Assembly (NCBI RefSeq): GCF_964355755.1
Contig: NC_092671.1
Coordinates: 12,958,001-13,022,000 of the forward strand
Origin: Antedon mediterranea
Lineage: Eukaryota; Animalia; Echinodermata
Reading direction: 5' to 3'
Length of the DNA: 64,000 nt
In this document: piece by piece, positions 1-13,324 of the stretch
How positions within the stretch are numbered: the first letter of the stretch is position 1
Layout of the letters: the number at the start of each line of letters is the position of its first letter
Notes under the pieces: model-generated
Seen by the model: the letters and a program-made list of their open reading frames with translations, nothing else
What the model was told of the DNA's origin: nothing
The model's database searches: none
Program-made: the position numbers and the translations under genes

Positions 1-2010
1 CCGACCATATAAATTGACATCTGTAAAATAAGTATTTGATATAAATTTCTCAATCCGTTCAAATGTAGTTCGCCAATTCTTGTTTGTAACTGGTAATGAA
101 TCCATTGTCAAAATAAATAAGAAATATTTCTTACTAAAAACGCTGCTCGTTGACGTAACAGTTTTAAAGATATATTGTCCCCCTGAAAAATATTTTTTGT
201 TATTTTATTGTCACATAATAGTTATTCTGTTGCCTTATTTAAAAAATTGCTCAAAACTCATTTTTTCGACCACTAACATGCCCAGCGCCTTTGATTTTGT
301 ACCTCGGTCTTTGAATTGACGCTTTATAAATATTGATATAATAATAATAATAATGATAATTATTTACCTGAAATAAAATGTAATTTAAAGCAAAAAAATC
401 TTAAATTGTCTGTCAGACAATGGTTTTTGGGTTATAATTAAACGTTTCTTTTCTGTTAAATTTATACAGGAAATTATTTTTTTGTTACAGAAGTGAATAA
501 CTTTTTGTATTTGATACTTTCATACTTTGATATGTCATAATTGTGCAAAATAAAAACTACTGAATCTGTAAAAGATGATGTCTAAATAATATTACTTTAT
601 TATACTAAACAGACTCAATTTCTGTCACTTTAGTTTATTTTATTGCTAATGTCAAGTCTGTGGGTCACTTCATCAAGCCTAGCTGATGCTTGAAGTGTCA
701 ACAAATTATGTCCTATTACAACCAAAAACTAGATTGACAGTCAATGGGACTCATTGTAAATACCAGAAATAATGTTTTGATTATTAGACAGTGAATTATT
801 ATAATACTGGCCAATGTTGACAGACTCTCTTTTTCCAGCCGTGCTTTGGGGTTTGTAATTTTAGCATGACCCGTGATAGTTTACAAAGTACCAAAAACGT
901 CGGCCTCTAGAACTATAACTGCTGCTTGCTTTAGCTTCTGAATGAGTAGTCCTCTTGGGACGTACCTGGCTAAAGCAGCACCTTGAAAAAAATGCGACTA
1001 AAAAAAAATTGCAAAAAGATAGTTGTCTACTCCTTGCTCACTTAATGATTCACAATGTGCAAAATATAGATATATAAAAGACACACTTAGACTATGAGTA
1101 CGGTATTCTGTTGGTCGGTGTCAAGAAGTAGAATGACATTCTGACATCTGATTGATTGTGGAGTGAAATATTAATATTAAGTTTTTAGCTTTTCAGAATT
1201 GTATCTTTCATTTGTTTGTATGTAAAGAAATTTAAACTATCTATTAGGCCCCTACCTAGTAATTGTATCTTGGAACCTGTATAACATATTAAAAATTGTG
1301 TGGAAGTACAACTATAATTATTAATTAAGTACATCCCCATCTCCACCCCAAATCCCCCCCCCCCCTCCCCTTGCTGGCTAATAATATTAATAATATTAAT
1401 AATAAAGTTAGTGTGTGAAGCGAAGCCGCCTATAAAATGTAAATCTCCTCATACAAATAAAACTATTTAATAAAACTATTAAGGCGGCCACTATTAACTA
1501 GGGCTGATAGGCTCTAATATACATGTAGGCTAGTGCATATACAATGAAATGCGAAAATAAACAACACCGATAAACAACAAGGTGCTAACCAACAAGTAAC
1601 CAACACTAACCCCAGCTCCGGATCCTCTCTCCACTGAGCTATATTTCCTATACCATCCTGGCTAGTTGAGAATTCTCAACTATTTTATGTTTTTTACTAC
1701 CTTTCTGGAAAATGATATAATCCAAATTGTATTAATACTACAAGTAGTAAACATTTAGAAACACTAGCATACCTTCACTAATTTTAGTTGTTTGTAGTTT
1801 AAGACAATCTTAGTGATATTTAAATGAAAACAATACGATAAAAACTATTGTGTCTGTATTTTACAAGACTATGACTTCCGTATAACGTGCATTGTGGGTA
1901 CTTCAATTTTTATAGAAAAGCTAGGGAATCCTAATTTAGTAGGCAGCATATGGGGGCGGGGCAACCAAACTTGCTTATCAAATCAAAGTACAGTAAAGCA
2001 AAGGATAGAA

Positions 2011-3165
2011 TTAATGTACGATCCAGTTTACCACTGTTCTCAACTATAGTCATTTTAGTATACTTGAGCACAGTGATAAAGAATAGGATAAACTTAACAA
2101 TATACAACAAATAACATTAATGTACGATCCCGTTTAACACTGTTCTCAACTATAGTCATTTTGGTATACTTGAGAACAGTGATAAAGAATAGGATAAACT
2201 TAACATTATACAACAAATAACATTAATGTACGATCCCGTTTAAAACTGTTCTCAACTATAGTCATTTTGGTATACTTGAGCACAGTGATAAAGAATAGGA
2301 TAAACTTAACAATATACAACAAATAACATTAATGTACGATCCCGTTTAACACTGTTCTCAACTATAGTCATTTTGGTATACTTGAGAACAGTGATAAAGA
2401 ATAGGATAAACTTAACATTATACAACAAATAACATTAATGTACGATCCCGTTTAAAACTGTTCTCAACTATAGTCATTTTGGTATACTTGAGCACAGTGA
2501 TAAAGAATAGGATAAACTTAATAATATACAACAAATAGCATTAATGTACGATCCCGTTTAACACTGTTCTCAACTATAGTCATTTTGGTATACTTGAGCA
2601 CAGTGATAAAGAATAGGATAAACTTAATAATATACAACAAATAACATTAATGTAGGCCTATGATCCCGTTTAACACTGTTCTCAACTATAGTCATTTTGG
2701 TATACTTGAGCACAGTGATAAAGAATAGGATAAACTTAATAATATACAACAAATAACATTAATGTACGATCCAGTTTAACACTGTTCTCAACTATAGTCA
2801 TTTTGGTATACTTGAGCACAGTGATAAAGAATAGGATAAACTTAATAATATACAACAAATAACATTAATGTATGATCCCGTTTAACACTGTTCTCGACTA
2901 TAGTCATTTTGGTATACTTGAGCACAGTGATAAAGAATAGGATAAACTTAACAATATACAACAAATAACATTAATGTACGATCCCGTTTAACACTGTTCT
3001 CGACTATAGTCATTTTGGTATACTTGAGCACAGTGATAAAGAATAGGATAAACTTCGAATAAACAGCAAATAACATTAATGTACGATGCCGTTTAATACT
3101 GTTTTAAACTATAGTCATTTGAGTATAATTAATCACAGATAAAGAATAAGATCAACTTTAATACT
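2011..3165 (-). repeat. 106-bp satellite array, ~11 monomers (left arm)
   Basis: TTAATGTACGATCC recurs at 2011, 2117, 2223, 2329, 2435, 2541...; reverse complement of the 4837-8560 array. Confidence 0.97.
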
Positions 3166-3240
3166 ATTTATTAAATAAAAAAAACTAATTCTATATTAAC
3201 ACATATTATTTACATATACTTTCACTGCTGATTTCTAGTA

Positions 3241-3353
3241 TAAACAGGCCATAGGCCTATACATGGCTGCAGTCGCGTGCTCAAATTTGAGTTGGTGTTT
3301 ACCGACCGACCGACATAGTGAGCTGTAGAGTCGCGTTTGCACGCTACTAAAAA
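3241..3353. mobile_element. Short Helentron-associated (HINE/DINE-1-like) element
   Basis: AGTCGCGT occurs twice, with a (CCGA)n microsatellite and an imperfect terminal hairpin AGTCGCGT-ttgc-ACGCTACT followed by an A-run. Confidence 0.45.
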
Positions 3354-3589
3354 GTTCACAAAAACCGTAGGACGGGCACAGGGGAGTTTGTTCGAAACTC
3401 CAACTCCTCCCCTGGCTATGCGTTTAGATTTGTCATGCCTCCTTTACAAACCAAGATTATTAGAATACTATTAGGAGGATCAAACACAATTCTTGTTTCC
3501 AGATTTCATTGACATTACAGGTATGAAGTCTATCAATATACAGTAGCGCTTAATACAATACTTGTTGAGGCCATATCCATCTATACATT

Positions 3590-4830
3590 TTAGTGTTATT
3601 CCACTTTAAAAAAGTCGATTTATATCAATACGATATAACAATAGAATTTATTGCAACTTGTCCATGTCGTATTCATCTACAAATAAAGTGTCTATTACCG
3701 TACTTTTAAAAATCTATTTATATCAATACCTATCAACGTATGTACGTGTGCATATTATATATACAAAAATATATACATCAACATAAATGTCATATCATTT
3801 ACAGTCATTAGTGTTATTTCACTTTTAATATTAGTAAATCCAAAGGCAAAATACTGAAATAATAACAATGCTGTGGTCTCAATGGAGATACAAAAAAAGA
3901 AGCGAAAAGCTAAATCAAAACGATAAAGTTAGAAAAGTTAGCAGAGTTTTCGGGCAACACTAGCCCTTCATCATTGCAAGTGAGGGTACTTGTACAAGAT
4001 AGTGTTATTTAACGTTTAGTCGATTTATATCAATACACTCATCAACATAATATGTACGTGCAATTCACGTCTACAATCAATAGTGTTAATTCCACTTTTA
4101 AAAGTCGATTTATATCAATATACTCATCAACATATGTACGTGTCCACGTCATATTCATCTATAAAATATTAGTGTTATTTCACTTTTAAAAGTCGATTTA
4201 TCAATATACTCATCAATAAATATACTTGTCCACGTCATATTCATCTACAATCAATAGTGTTATTTCACTTTTAAAAGTCGATTTATATCAATATACTCAT
4301 CAACATTATGTACCGTACGTGTCCACGTCATGTTCATCTACAAATATTAGTGTTATTTCACTTTTAAAAGTCGATTTATATCAATATACTCATCAACATA
4401 TGTAAATCGTGTCCAAGTCATATTCATCTACAAATATTAGTGTTAATTTGACTTTTAAAAGTCGATTTATATCAATATACTAATCAATATATGTACGTGT
4501 CCACGTCATATTCATTTACAAATCAGTGTTATTTCACTTTTCGAAGTCAATTATATCAATATAGGCCTACTCATCAACATATGTACGTGCAATTCACGTC
4601 ATATTCATATATGATCAATAGTGTACAACTAATAGTGTTATTTCACTTTTCAAAGTCGATTTATATAAATATACTACTCATCAACATAATGTACGTGCAA
4701 TTCACGTCATATTTATCTACAATCATTTGTGTTAATTCCACTTTTAAAAGTCAATTTATATCAATTACTTATGAACATATATGTACGTGTCTGCGTCATT
4801 CATCTACAAATATTATAGTGTTATTATGTT
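3590..4830. repeat. ~89-bp tandem repeat, ~13 degenerate copies, between the two satellite arms
   Basis: TAGTGTTATTTCACTTTTAAAAGTCGATTTATATCAATATACTCATCAACATATGTACGTGTCCACGTCATATTCATCTAC recurs at ~4081, 4170, 4256, 4348, 4438, 4525...; interrupted at ~3830-3995. Confidence 0.92.
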
Positions 4831-4836
4831 TTTCAT

Positions 4837-7800
4837 ATTATCACTGTGCTCAAGTATATGAAAATGACTATAGTTGAGAACAGTGTTAAACAGGATCGTG
4901 TACATTAATGTTATTTGTTGTATATTGTGCTCAAGTATACCAAAATGACTATAGTTGAGAACAGTGTTAAACTGGATCGTACATTTTTGTTGTATATTGT
5001 TAAGTTTATCCTATTCTTTATCACTGTGCTCAAGCATACCAAAATGACTATAGTTGAGAACAGTGTTAAACGGGATCGTACATTGATGTTATTTGTTGTA
5101 TATTGTTAAGTTTATCCTATTCTTTATCACTGTGCTCAAGTATACCAAAATGACTATAGTTGAGAACAGTGTTAAACGGGATCGTACATTGATGTTATTT
5201 GTTGTATATTGTTAAGTTTATCCTATTCTTTATCACTGTGCTCAAGTATACCAAAATGACTATAGTCGAGAACAGTGTTAAACGGGATCATACATTAATG
5301 TTATTTGTTGTATATTGTTAAGTTTATCCTATTCTTTATCACTGTGCTCAAGTATACCAAAATGGCTATAGTTGAGAACAGTGTTAAACTGGATCGTACA
5401 TTTTTGTGGTATATTGTTAAGTTTATCCTATTCTTTATCACTGTGCTCAAGTATACCAAAATGACTATAGTCGAGAACAGTGTTAAACGGGATCGTACAT
5501 TAATGTTATTTGTTGTATATTGTTAAGTTTATCCTATTCTTTATCACTGTGCTCAAGTATACCAAAATGACTTTAGTTGAGAACAGTGTTAAACGGGATC
5601 GTACATTAATGTTTTTTGTTGTATATTGTTAAGTTTATCCTATTCTTTATCACTGTGCTCAAGTATACCAAAATGACTATAGTGTTGAGAACAGTGTTAA
5701 ACTGGATCGTACATTTTTGTTGTATATTGTTAAGTTTATCCTATTCTTTATCACTGTGCTCAAGTATACCAAAATGACTATAGTCGAGAACAGTGTTAAA
5801 CGGGATCGTACATTAATGTTATTTGTTGTATATTGTTAAGTTTATCCTATTCTTTATCACTGTGCTCAAGTATACCAAAATGACTATAGTTGAGAACAGT
5901 GTTAAACGGGAACGTACATTAATGTTTTTTGTTGTATATTGTTAAGTTTATCCTATTCTTTATCACTGTGCTCAAGTATACCAAAATGACTATAGTTGAG
6001 AACAGTGTTAAACTGGATCGTACATTTTTGTTGTATATTGTTAAGTTTATCCTATTCTTTATCACTGTGCTCAAGTATACCAAAATGACTATAGTCGAGA
6101 ACAGTGTTAAACGGGATCATACATTAATGTTATTTGTTGTATATTGTTAAGTTTATCCTATTCTTTATCACTGTGCTCAAGTATACCAAAATGACTATAG
6201 TTGAGAACAGTGTTAAACGGGATCGTACATTAATGTTTTTTGTTGTATATTGTTAAGTTTATCCTATTCTTTATCACTGTGCTCAAGTATACCAAAATGA
6301 CTATAGTGTTGAGAACAGTGTTAAACTGGATCGTACATTTTTGTTGTATATTGTTAAGTTTATCCTATTCTTTATCACTGTGCTCAAGTATACCAAAATG
6401 ACTATAGTCGAGAACAGTGTTAAACGGGATCGTACATTAATGTTATTTGTTGTATATTGTTAAGTTTATCCTATTCTTTATCACTGTGCTCAAGTATACC
6501 AAAATGACTATAGTTGAGAACAGTGTTAAACGGGAACGTACATTAATGTTTTTTGTTGTATATTGTTAAGTTTATCCTATTCTTTATCACTGTGCTCAAG
6601 TATACCAAAATGACTATAGTTGAGAACAGTGTTAAACTGGATCGTACATTTTTGTTGTATATTGTTAAGTTTATCCTATTCTTTATCACTGTGCTCAAGT
6701 ATACCAAAATGACTATAGTCGGGAACAGTGTTAAACGGGATCATACATTAATGTTATTTGTTGTATATTGTTAAGTTTATCCTATTCTTTATCACTGTGC
6801 TCAAGTATACCAAAATGATAGTCGAGAACAGTGTTAAACGGGATCATACATTAATGTTATTTGTTGTATATTGTTAAGTTTATCCTATTCTTTATCACTG
6901 TGCTCAAGTATACCAAAATGACTATAGTTGAGAACAGTGTTAAACTGGATCGTACATTTTTGTTGTATATTGTTAAGTTTATCCTATTCTTTATCACTGT
7001 GCTCAAGTATACCAAAATGATAGTCGAGAACAGTGTTAAACGGGATCATACATTAATGTTATTTGTTGTATATTGTTAAGTTTATCCTATTCTTTATCAC
7101 TGTGCTCAAGTATACCAAAATGACTATAGTCGAGAACAGTGTTAAACGGGATCATACATTAATGTTATTTGTTGTATATTGTTAAGTTTATCCTATTCTT
7201 TATCACTGTGCTCAAGTATACCAAAATGACTATAGTCGAGAACAGTGTTAAACGGGATCGTACATTAATGTTATTTGTTGTATATTGTTAAGTTTATCCT
7301 ATTCTTTATCACTGTGCTCAAGTATACCAAAATGACTAAAGTTGAGAACAGTGTTTAACGGGATCATACATTAATGTTATTTGTTGTATATTGTTAAGTT
7401 TATCCTATTCTTTATCACTGTGCTCAAGTATACCAAAATGATAGTCGAGAACAGTGTTAAACAGGATCATACATTAATGTTATTTGTTGTATATTGTTAA
7501 GTTTATCCTATTCTTTATCACTGTGCTCAAGTATACCAAAATGACTATAGTTGAGAACAGTGTTAAACTGGATCGTACATTTTTGTTGTATATTGTTAAG
7601 TTTATCCTATTCTTTATCACTGTGCTCAAGTATACCAAAATGACTATAGTCGAGAACAGTGTTAAACGGGATCGTACATTAATGTTATTTGTTGTATATT
7701 GTTAAGTTTATCCTATTCTTTATCAATGTGCTCAAGTATACCAAAATGACTATAGTCGAGAACAGTGTTAAACGGGATCATACATTAATGTTATTGTTGT

Positions 7801-8560
7801 ATATTGTTAAGTTTATCCTATTCTTTATCACTGTGCTCAAGTATACCAAAATGACTATAGTTGAGAACAGTGTTAAACGGGATCATACATTAATGTTATT
7901 TGTTGTATATTGTTAAGTTTATCCTATTCTTTATCACTGTGCTCATATATACCAAAATGATAGTCGAGAACAGTGTTAAACGGGATCATACATTAATGTT
8001 ATTTGTTGTATATTGTTAAGTTTATCCTATTCTTTATCACTGTGCTCAAGTATACCAAAATGACTATAGTTGAGAACAGTGTTAAACAGGATCGTACATT
8101 GATGTTATTTGTTGTATATTCGTAAGTTTATCCTATTCTTTATCACTGTGCTCAAGTATACCAAAATGACTATAGTTGAGAACAGTGTTAGACGGGATCA
8201 TACATTAATGTTATTTGTTGTATATTGTTAAGTTTATCCTATTCTTTATCACTGTGCTCTAGTACTGTATACCAAACTGACTATAGTTGAGAACAGTGTT
8301 AAACGGGATCGTACATTGTTGTTGTATATTGTTAAGTTTATCCTATTCTTTATCACTGTGCTCAAGTACACCAAAATGGCTATAGTTGAGAACAGTGTTA
8401 AACGGGATCGTACATTAATGTTATTTGTTGTATATTGTTAAGTTTATCCTATTCTTTATCACTGTGCTCAAGTATACCAAAATGACTATAGTTGAGAACA
8501 GTGTTAAACTACATCGTACAGTAATGTTATTTGTTGTATATTGTTAAGTGTATTCTTTAT
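4837..8560 (+). repeat. 106/99-bp satellite array, ~36 monomers (right arm), with higher-order structure
   Basis: Monomer ATCACTGTGCTCAAGTATACCAAAATGACTATAGTTGAGAACAGTGTTAAACGGGATCGTACATTAATGTTATTTGTTGTATATTGTTAAGTTTATCCTATTCTTT; a 7-bp-deleted variant recurs about every third monomer. Confidence 0.98.
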
Positions 8561-9399
8561 TCTTATTAATTGTACTAAATTATTAAAAGAAACAGTAGTA
8601 AGCATAACATTTCCCCACTCCTACATTAGCATGGTAGGACATTGTAAGTCGCAGGTGGCTCAACTTTATTACTGCAATGGGATGGACATGGTCCTACTAC
8701 CACCTTACCATCCAATAGGATTCCAGTAAATTTCCTTTACTACCAATCATAATTCAGTAATTAAATGACCCTTTAAGTTAACAAGGAAATCAGCCTATCC
8801 CATTATACCGGTAGGCTTCGTCGTACAGGCGTACTGCGGTAATAGTTGAGAATTCTCAACCAGCCAATTTGGTATATTTTATATACCTGCTCCACTTCGT
8901 GCCTGGTCCGTGTGGTACTTACCTATCTCCCGGTCGTTGGTTAAGTAATGTAAAATAGCGCCTTCTATATACGACGTATAATATAATTTCACGCTTCGGT
9001 GGTTTCTACAATAACAAACCATGCCAAGTTAAAAAAAATACTATTAGGCCTACTAATTATTTGATTAAAAACCAAGGTTGTTGTTAGATTGCCTTGAAAA
9101 TCGAAACGATAAAAAAGCGTTAATTCAACAATATTATTTTGATTATGCAAATTTGATTATGTAAATGTTGCTGCTTATAGATGAACATCTTATTTTTATA
9201 TTAAAACAATTGGTTTTATTCATTTTTCTTGTACTGATGAAGGGCTAGATGCTCTACAAATTGCTCTGGCTGTTTTACTTTTGTTTTGTTCCATTGAGAT
9301 CCAATCACTGATACCCACAGGCCTTAGGTCCTACATTGTTTGCTATTAATGTTATGATAATATATATATATATATTTTTTTTTAATCAAATATAAAATA

Positions 9400-9790
9400 T
9401 ACCGTGTTTATCGAATATAGGCCTACGCCCCGCTTTGAATAAACGCTTCGTAAGCGTCTCTGGGTTTTTATTTATTTCCTCAAATAAACGCCCCGCGAAA
9501 TGCATATTATGCACAATATTGTATTACAACACATTTCTATTTGTAGAAAAATTCATTAATTGACATGACCTACAATTTACCAAGCATTTTGATAAAATGT
9601 TTAGGCCTACTGTATTTTATCGTTTCTCGATATTAATTGTTTTGTATTTTTTTCATATAAGGAGGTATTTATTTGATTATACAAGTTACCATATTAAATC
9701 CCAAAAAATAAACGCCTCTTCCGAATAAACGCCTGCCCTCGATAATAAACTAAAAAAGCATCCTGAACAATAAACGCCCCGGTGCCCTTT
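9400..9790. mobile_element. Degenerate pogo/Tc1-mariner-like MITE remnant
   Basis: Starts TACCGT and carries several AATAAACGCC subterminal motifs; no clear second TIR. Confidence 0.4.
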
Positions 9791-12299
9791 AGATGCAATT
9801 GTACGAATAACTGTCAGTGTAGATAATGCAAACAGTCTGTAAACAATGCATTTAGGCCTACTTGGACAGAACTGTAAATCCAGCCATTGAATCCCCAGGT
9901 CACTGGTTCAAATCCATTTCCTTGAAGATGGGTTTTAATTAGCTTTATTCAGTTTTAAATAAATACAGGCTAAAATAAAAACATTAGGTCCCCTAACTTT
10001 GATTTATTCTCTGTTCGGGAATTATTTCTGTTTAAAAATAGGTAAAAAAAGAAAATAATAGTTATGTCTTAAATTATTCATTGAGACTCCAATTAAGTGT
10101 ACGATATATCCAAATAAAATATATAGATGAATAAATGCTGAATCAAGGAGCGACTAATCCAGGCTGAAGCTCTAACTCCCACTGGTGCTGCTATCATACG
10201 TCATACAATTCTAGTGATCGCATGCATAAAGGGAGTCTTTCATTGCAGTGTAATATTATTAAGGCACACGTAGATAGATAATGAATCAGATAATTTGATA
10301 ATAAATTATTAATAGATTGATAGTAGCGATACTATATTAATAATACTCAACGTTCGTTTCGTATAGCTTGCAGCGCCGACTAAATGACGTATCACTGACG
10401 TCATAAACAAGACGACTTCCTAAATGAGCAGGTACAAACTTCTTGTTAAGATGAATATAATAATTCTAAAAATAGGCAACATGTCCCGTGTGTTTATTTT
10501 TCTAGAATTATAACCTTTTCCGCTAGCATGTTTTCAATCATTTTCGTGTATCATAATCTGATTAATTATAGTACCTAAATACAGAAGGAAGGCGTGGTCT
10601 CTAAATATAGAGGTCATCTTTTTGCGAATACGACTGTTTACGTATTGATCTAATAGGGGTGGGACGGTATCTCCAGCACTTGGTGTCCGTAACGGCAGAG
10701 ACAATCTTCCTATTTTGATCATTGTTTTAAAAGAAATACAGTTTGGTTAGTTCTACCACTGATTAGGTATTTATGTGTTTCTCTTCTCTTTTTCCAATTC
10801 TCCACATTGGCGATGCTGAAAATTATAGGCCTACTACTTTCGACAATGCCCTTAAATATCGCTGCTTCCATAAACTAAAGCAACCGCCACCGGATTTGGA
10901 TGCGAGTTGACGGCAGTTTAAAAAACAGAATTTGTAATATTCCTTCCATCTATCCCGCCCTCCGTCACCCATCCAGTATGAGTGATGACTCATTGCACAA
11001 TTCAAGTTTAAAATGATGTTACCAACCAATAGGAAATCACGCATCCTCGACATGAATCAGATTGTCATTATCATCGTCTTATACCAGGTAGGTGTTCGAT
11101 ATCATTAACGCCTAATTACCTACACAACAAGTAGGCCTTTTTATTATTATTATTATATTATACATTATTTTGCATTTGTTACTAAATTGGGCACTGTTCT
11201 TAAGTTTTTTTGTATATTTTGTTATGTATTCGTTTTGTTTTATTTTGGTTGCACCAGTGTGCCACTGTAAAAAAGTGATGACCGTAAATAAATTAATAAC
11301 CAATAATTAGTATTGGTTCATACTCATTCGGTACGTCATCATAGAGCTGTAATTCAACCACCGTATAACAAAAAAAAACAACAACAACATTACAATAACA
11401 TGCACAAAATTACAATCTTTTTCTTTTTTACTTTAAAATGAACAATAGGGGCCTACGTTCTTTCTCAGGCCCATTAATCCGTGCCCATACCATAGTCGAA
11501 TGATTGGCTTAGTTAATAAGCGGCCTTTGAACACCTTTTTATTTCATTTCTCTCATAAGAACTTGATAAAAACATATATATTAGACCTGGATGACTTGGT
11601 CCGCATTATTGCATTAGGGATGGCTTTTTAAAATAATAACGATTGAAAGTACTGAATACTATAATACTGAATACTGAATAGCTTTATTTGTCCATTATCA
11701 TATAAAATAATAATAGAAATTCTTCTTAAAGATTGGCAATTATATATTAGTACAATTAAAAATAGATAGATATATATATAAAATATAATCAAACATCAAA
11801 AAATAGAATACACAAACATTATTGCACAAAAACTTAAGTTTAAAAAGTAGATTTTTGGAAGTAAGTTAAAATACGATAAAAATCATAAACCGCTTAAAAA
11901 GTTGTAGTTTACGAGCGCTAAAGGTTACTTTTACATTTTGCATGGACCTATACGCATTAATTAACGAATTATGTAATAATTAAATTTATATAAATAAATG
12001 TATGTTTGCATGATCGGTGAAACTGGTTGCGTAAGACTAGTAGTAGTTAAAAATACAGTTTATACCTCAATTGAGGGCGCAACTGTGTGACGTCAAGTTT
12101 ATTTAGACAGCTCCATTAATTTATTGTGACCAAAAAAAAGTAACACAACTTTTTTAATTCATTATTATTAATACAAATTTAAACAAAACAAACAGATTTT
12201 ATTATAAAAAAGTTTATAAACATTCTAGCAATTGCATAATATATATGAGTGAAGCAAATTTAATAGAAATATGTACTTAAATATGATTTGATTTCCCTA

Positions 12300-12542
12300 C
12301 AGATAATGGAAATGTTCATATGACGGCGACCGGCCATTTCTGAAATTCTGACATTGCTCGTCGACCTTTGGGGAAGTTCGCGTCAAAATATCTCAGGAAT
12401 TTTTGCGAATTTTTTTGCAAATGTTTTGCTGTCCGTAAAACTATTGTGGTTTTTTAATCATGAGGATACGATTGTGATGTACGAATTTATTTGAAAATGT
12501 ATATTGTGTTGACAATTAAGTTACGTGAAACACAGGCAAATA
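12300..12542 (+). promoter_or_regulatory. Probable promoter / 5'UTR of CACNB exon 1
   Basis: CpG-containing stretch directly upstream of ATG 12543; a full CRE TGACGTCA lies at ~12088. The TSS cannot be placed. Confidence 0.35.
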
Positions 12543-12659
12543 ATGACAGCCTATTCATCTAACTCAAGCCTTCGAGGGCTGGAAGTGGGCCCCGGGAATG
12601 GAATGGTAGGAAGTGAGCTAAACCAACCTCCTCCTCTAGTTAATCACACTGATCATCAA
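12543..12659 (+). CDS. CACNB: Cav-beta subunit, putative first coding exon (MTAYSSNSSLRGLEVGPGNGMVGSELNQPPPLVNHTDHQ)
   Basis: ATG at 12543 with A at -3, 39 open codons in a GC-richer island, strong donor CAA|GTGAGT at 12660, phase 0 matching the acceptor at 29471. The peptide itself is not recognisably conserved. Confidence 0.7.
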
Positions 12660-13324
12660 GTGAGTTTTGTAGTTCTGTTTGTGCATATTAGTTCATTGTA
12701 CATGTTATCTAAATGTGATAATATATGTGTGGGCAGCAGTCTGCTTATTTTCTGAATAGAATAGGCCTAATTAAGCCATAGGAATTTAATCGATAATTAA
12801 ATGACTCTTTTCTTCAAACGATGTTCGATCACAACAACAGATCGGTCAGAAGGTCTAGGCCTAGGCCTACTTAGACGCTTAGACTTGTGTGTAAATGAAA
12901 TAGGCCTAAACTAGCCCAGGCCTAGGGTTTGCCCTTCAATTAACGTGGCTTGGTAATAATGTGTCCTGATTTATATATTTTTTTTATCTAAATGCAATTC
13001 ACTCCTCATCCATAATTGTTTAGTCATTTATCATATCTGTATAATATTTAATTAATCATTCATTTTCCAGAGAGAATTTATGTTGTGTTTGTAAAACACA
13101 TTAAATTCCCTGTCATGATGTATTGCAATACAAAGTTATTAATAATTAAATATAGGCCCCTAGGCCTAGTTAGAATTTAATATTTCAACATTAATTTAAT
13201 TATGATATTTAGGAAGCATTTATGTGTACAGTGTAATTCTTTTTTGTGTTATCAAAGAGTTTTAATTATATATCATCAAGTGAAGCATCCAAAATGATTT
13301 CCATCATCTTGTTGTTGACTGTAA

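Larger units (their letters stand above)
1651..8874. mobile_element. Foldback-type non-autonomous DNA transposon (~7.2 kb) carrying inverted satellite arrays
   Basis: Left end TACCATCCTGGCTAGTTGAGAATTCTCAACTATT (1651-1684); reverse complement of right end TACCAAATTGGCTGGTTGAGAATTCTCAACTATT (8841-8874). TA flanks both sides. No transposase ORF. Confidence 0.75.

Noticed and set aside
4491-7916. Repeated ORFs such as MLYIVKFILFFITVLKYTKM...
   Set aside because: By-products of the 99-bp (33-codon) satellite variant; the frame breaks in each 106-bp monomer.
2011-8560. Regular arrays read as CRISPR
   Set aside because: Monomers are near-identical along their whole length with no unique spacers; there are no cas genes and the context is eukaryotic.
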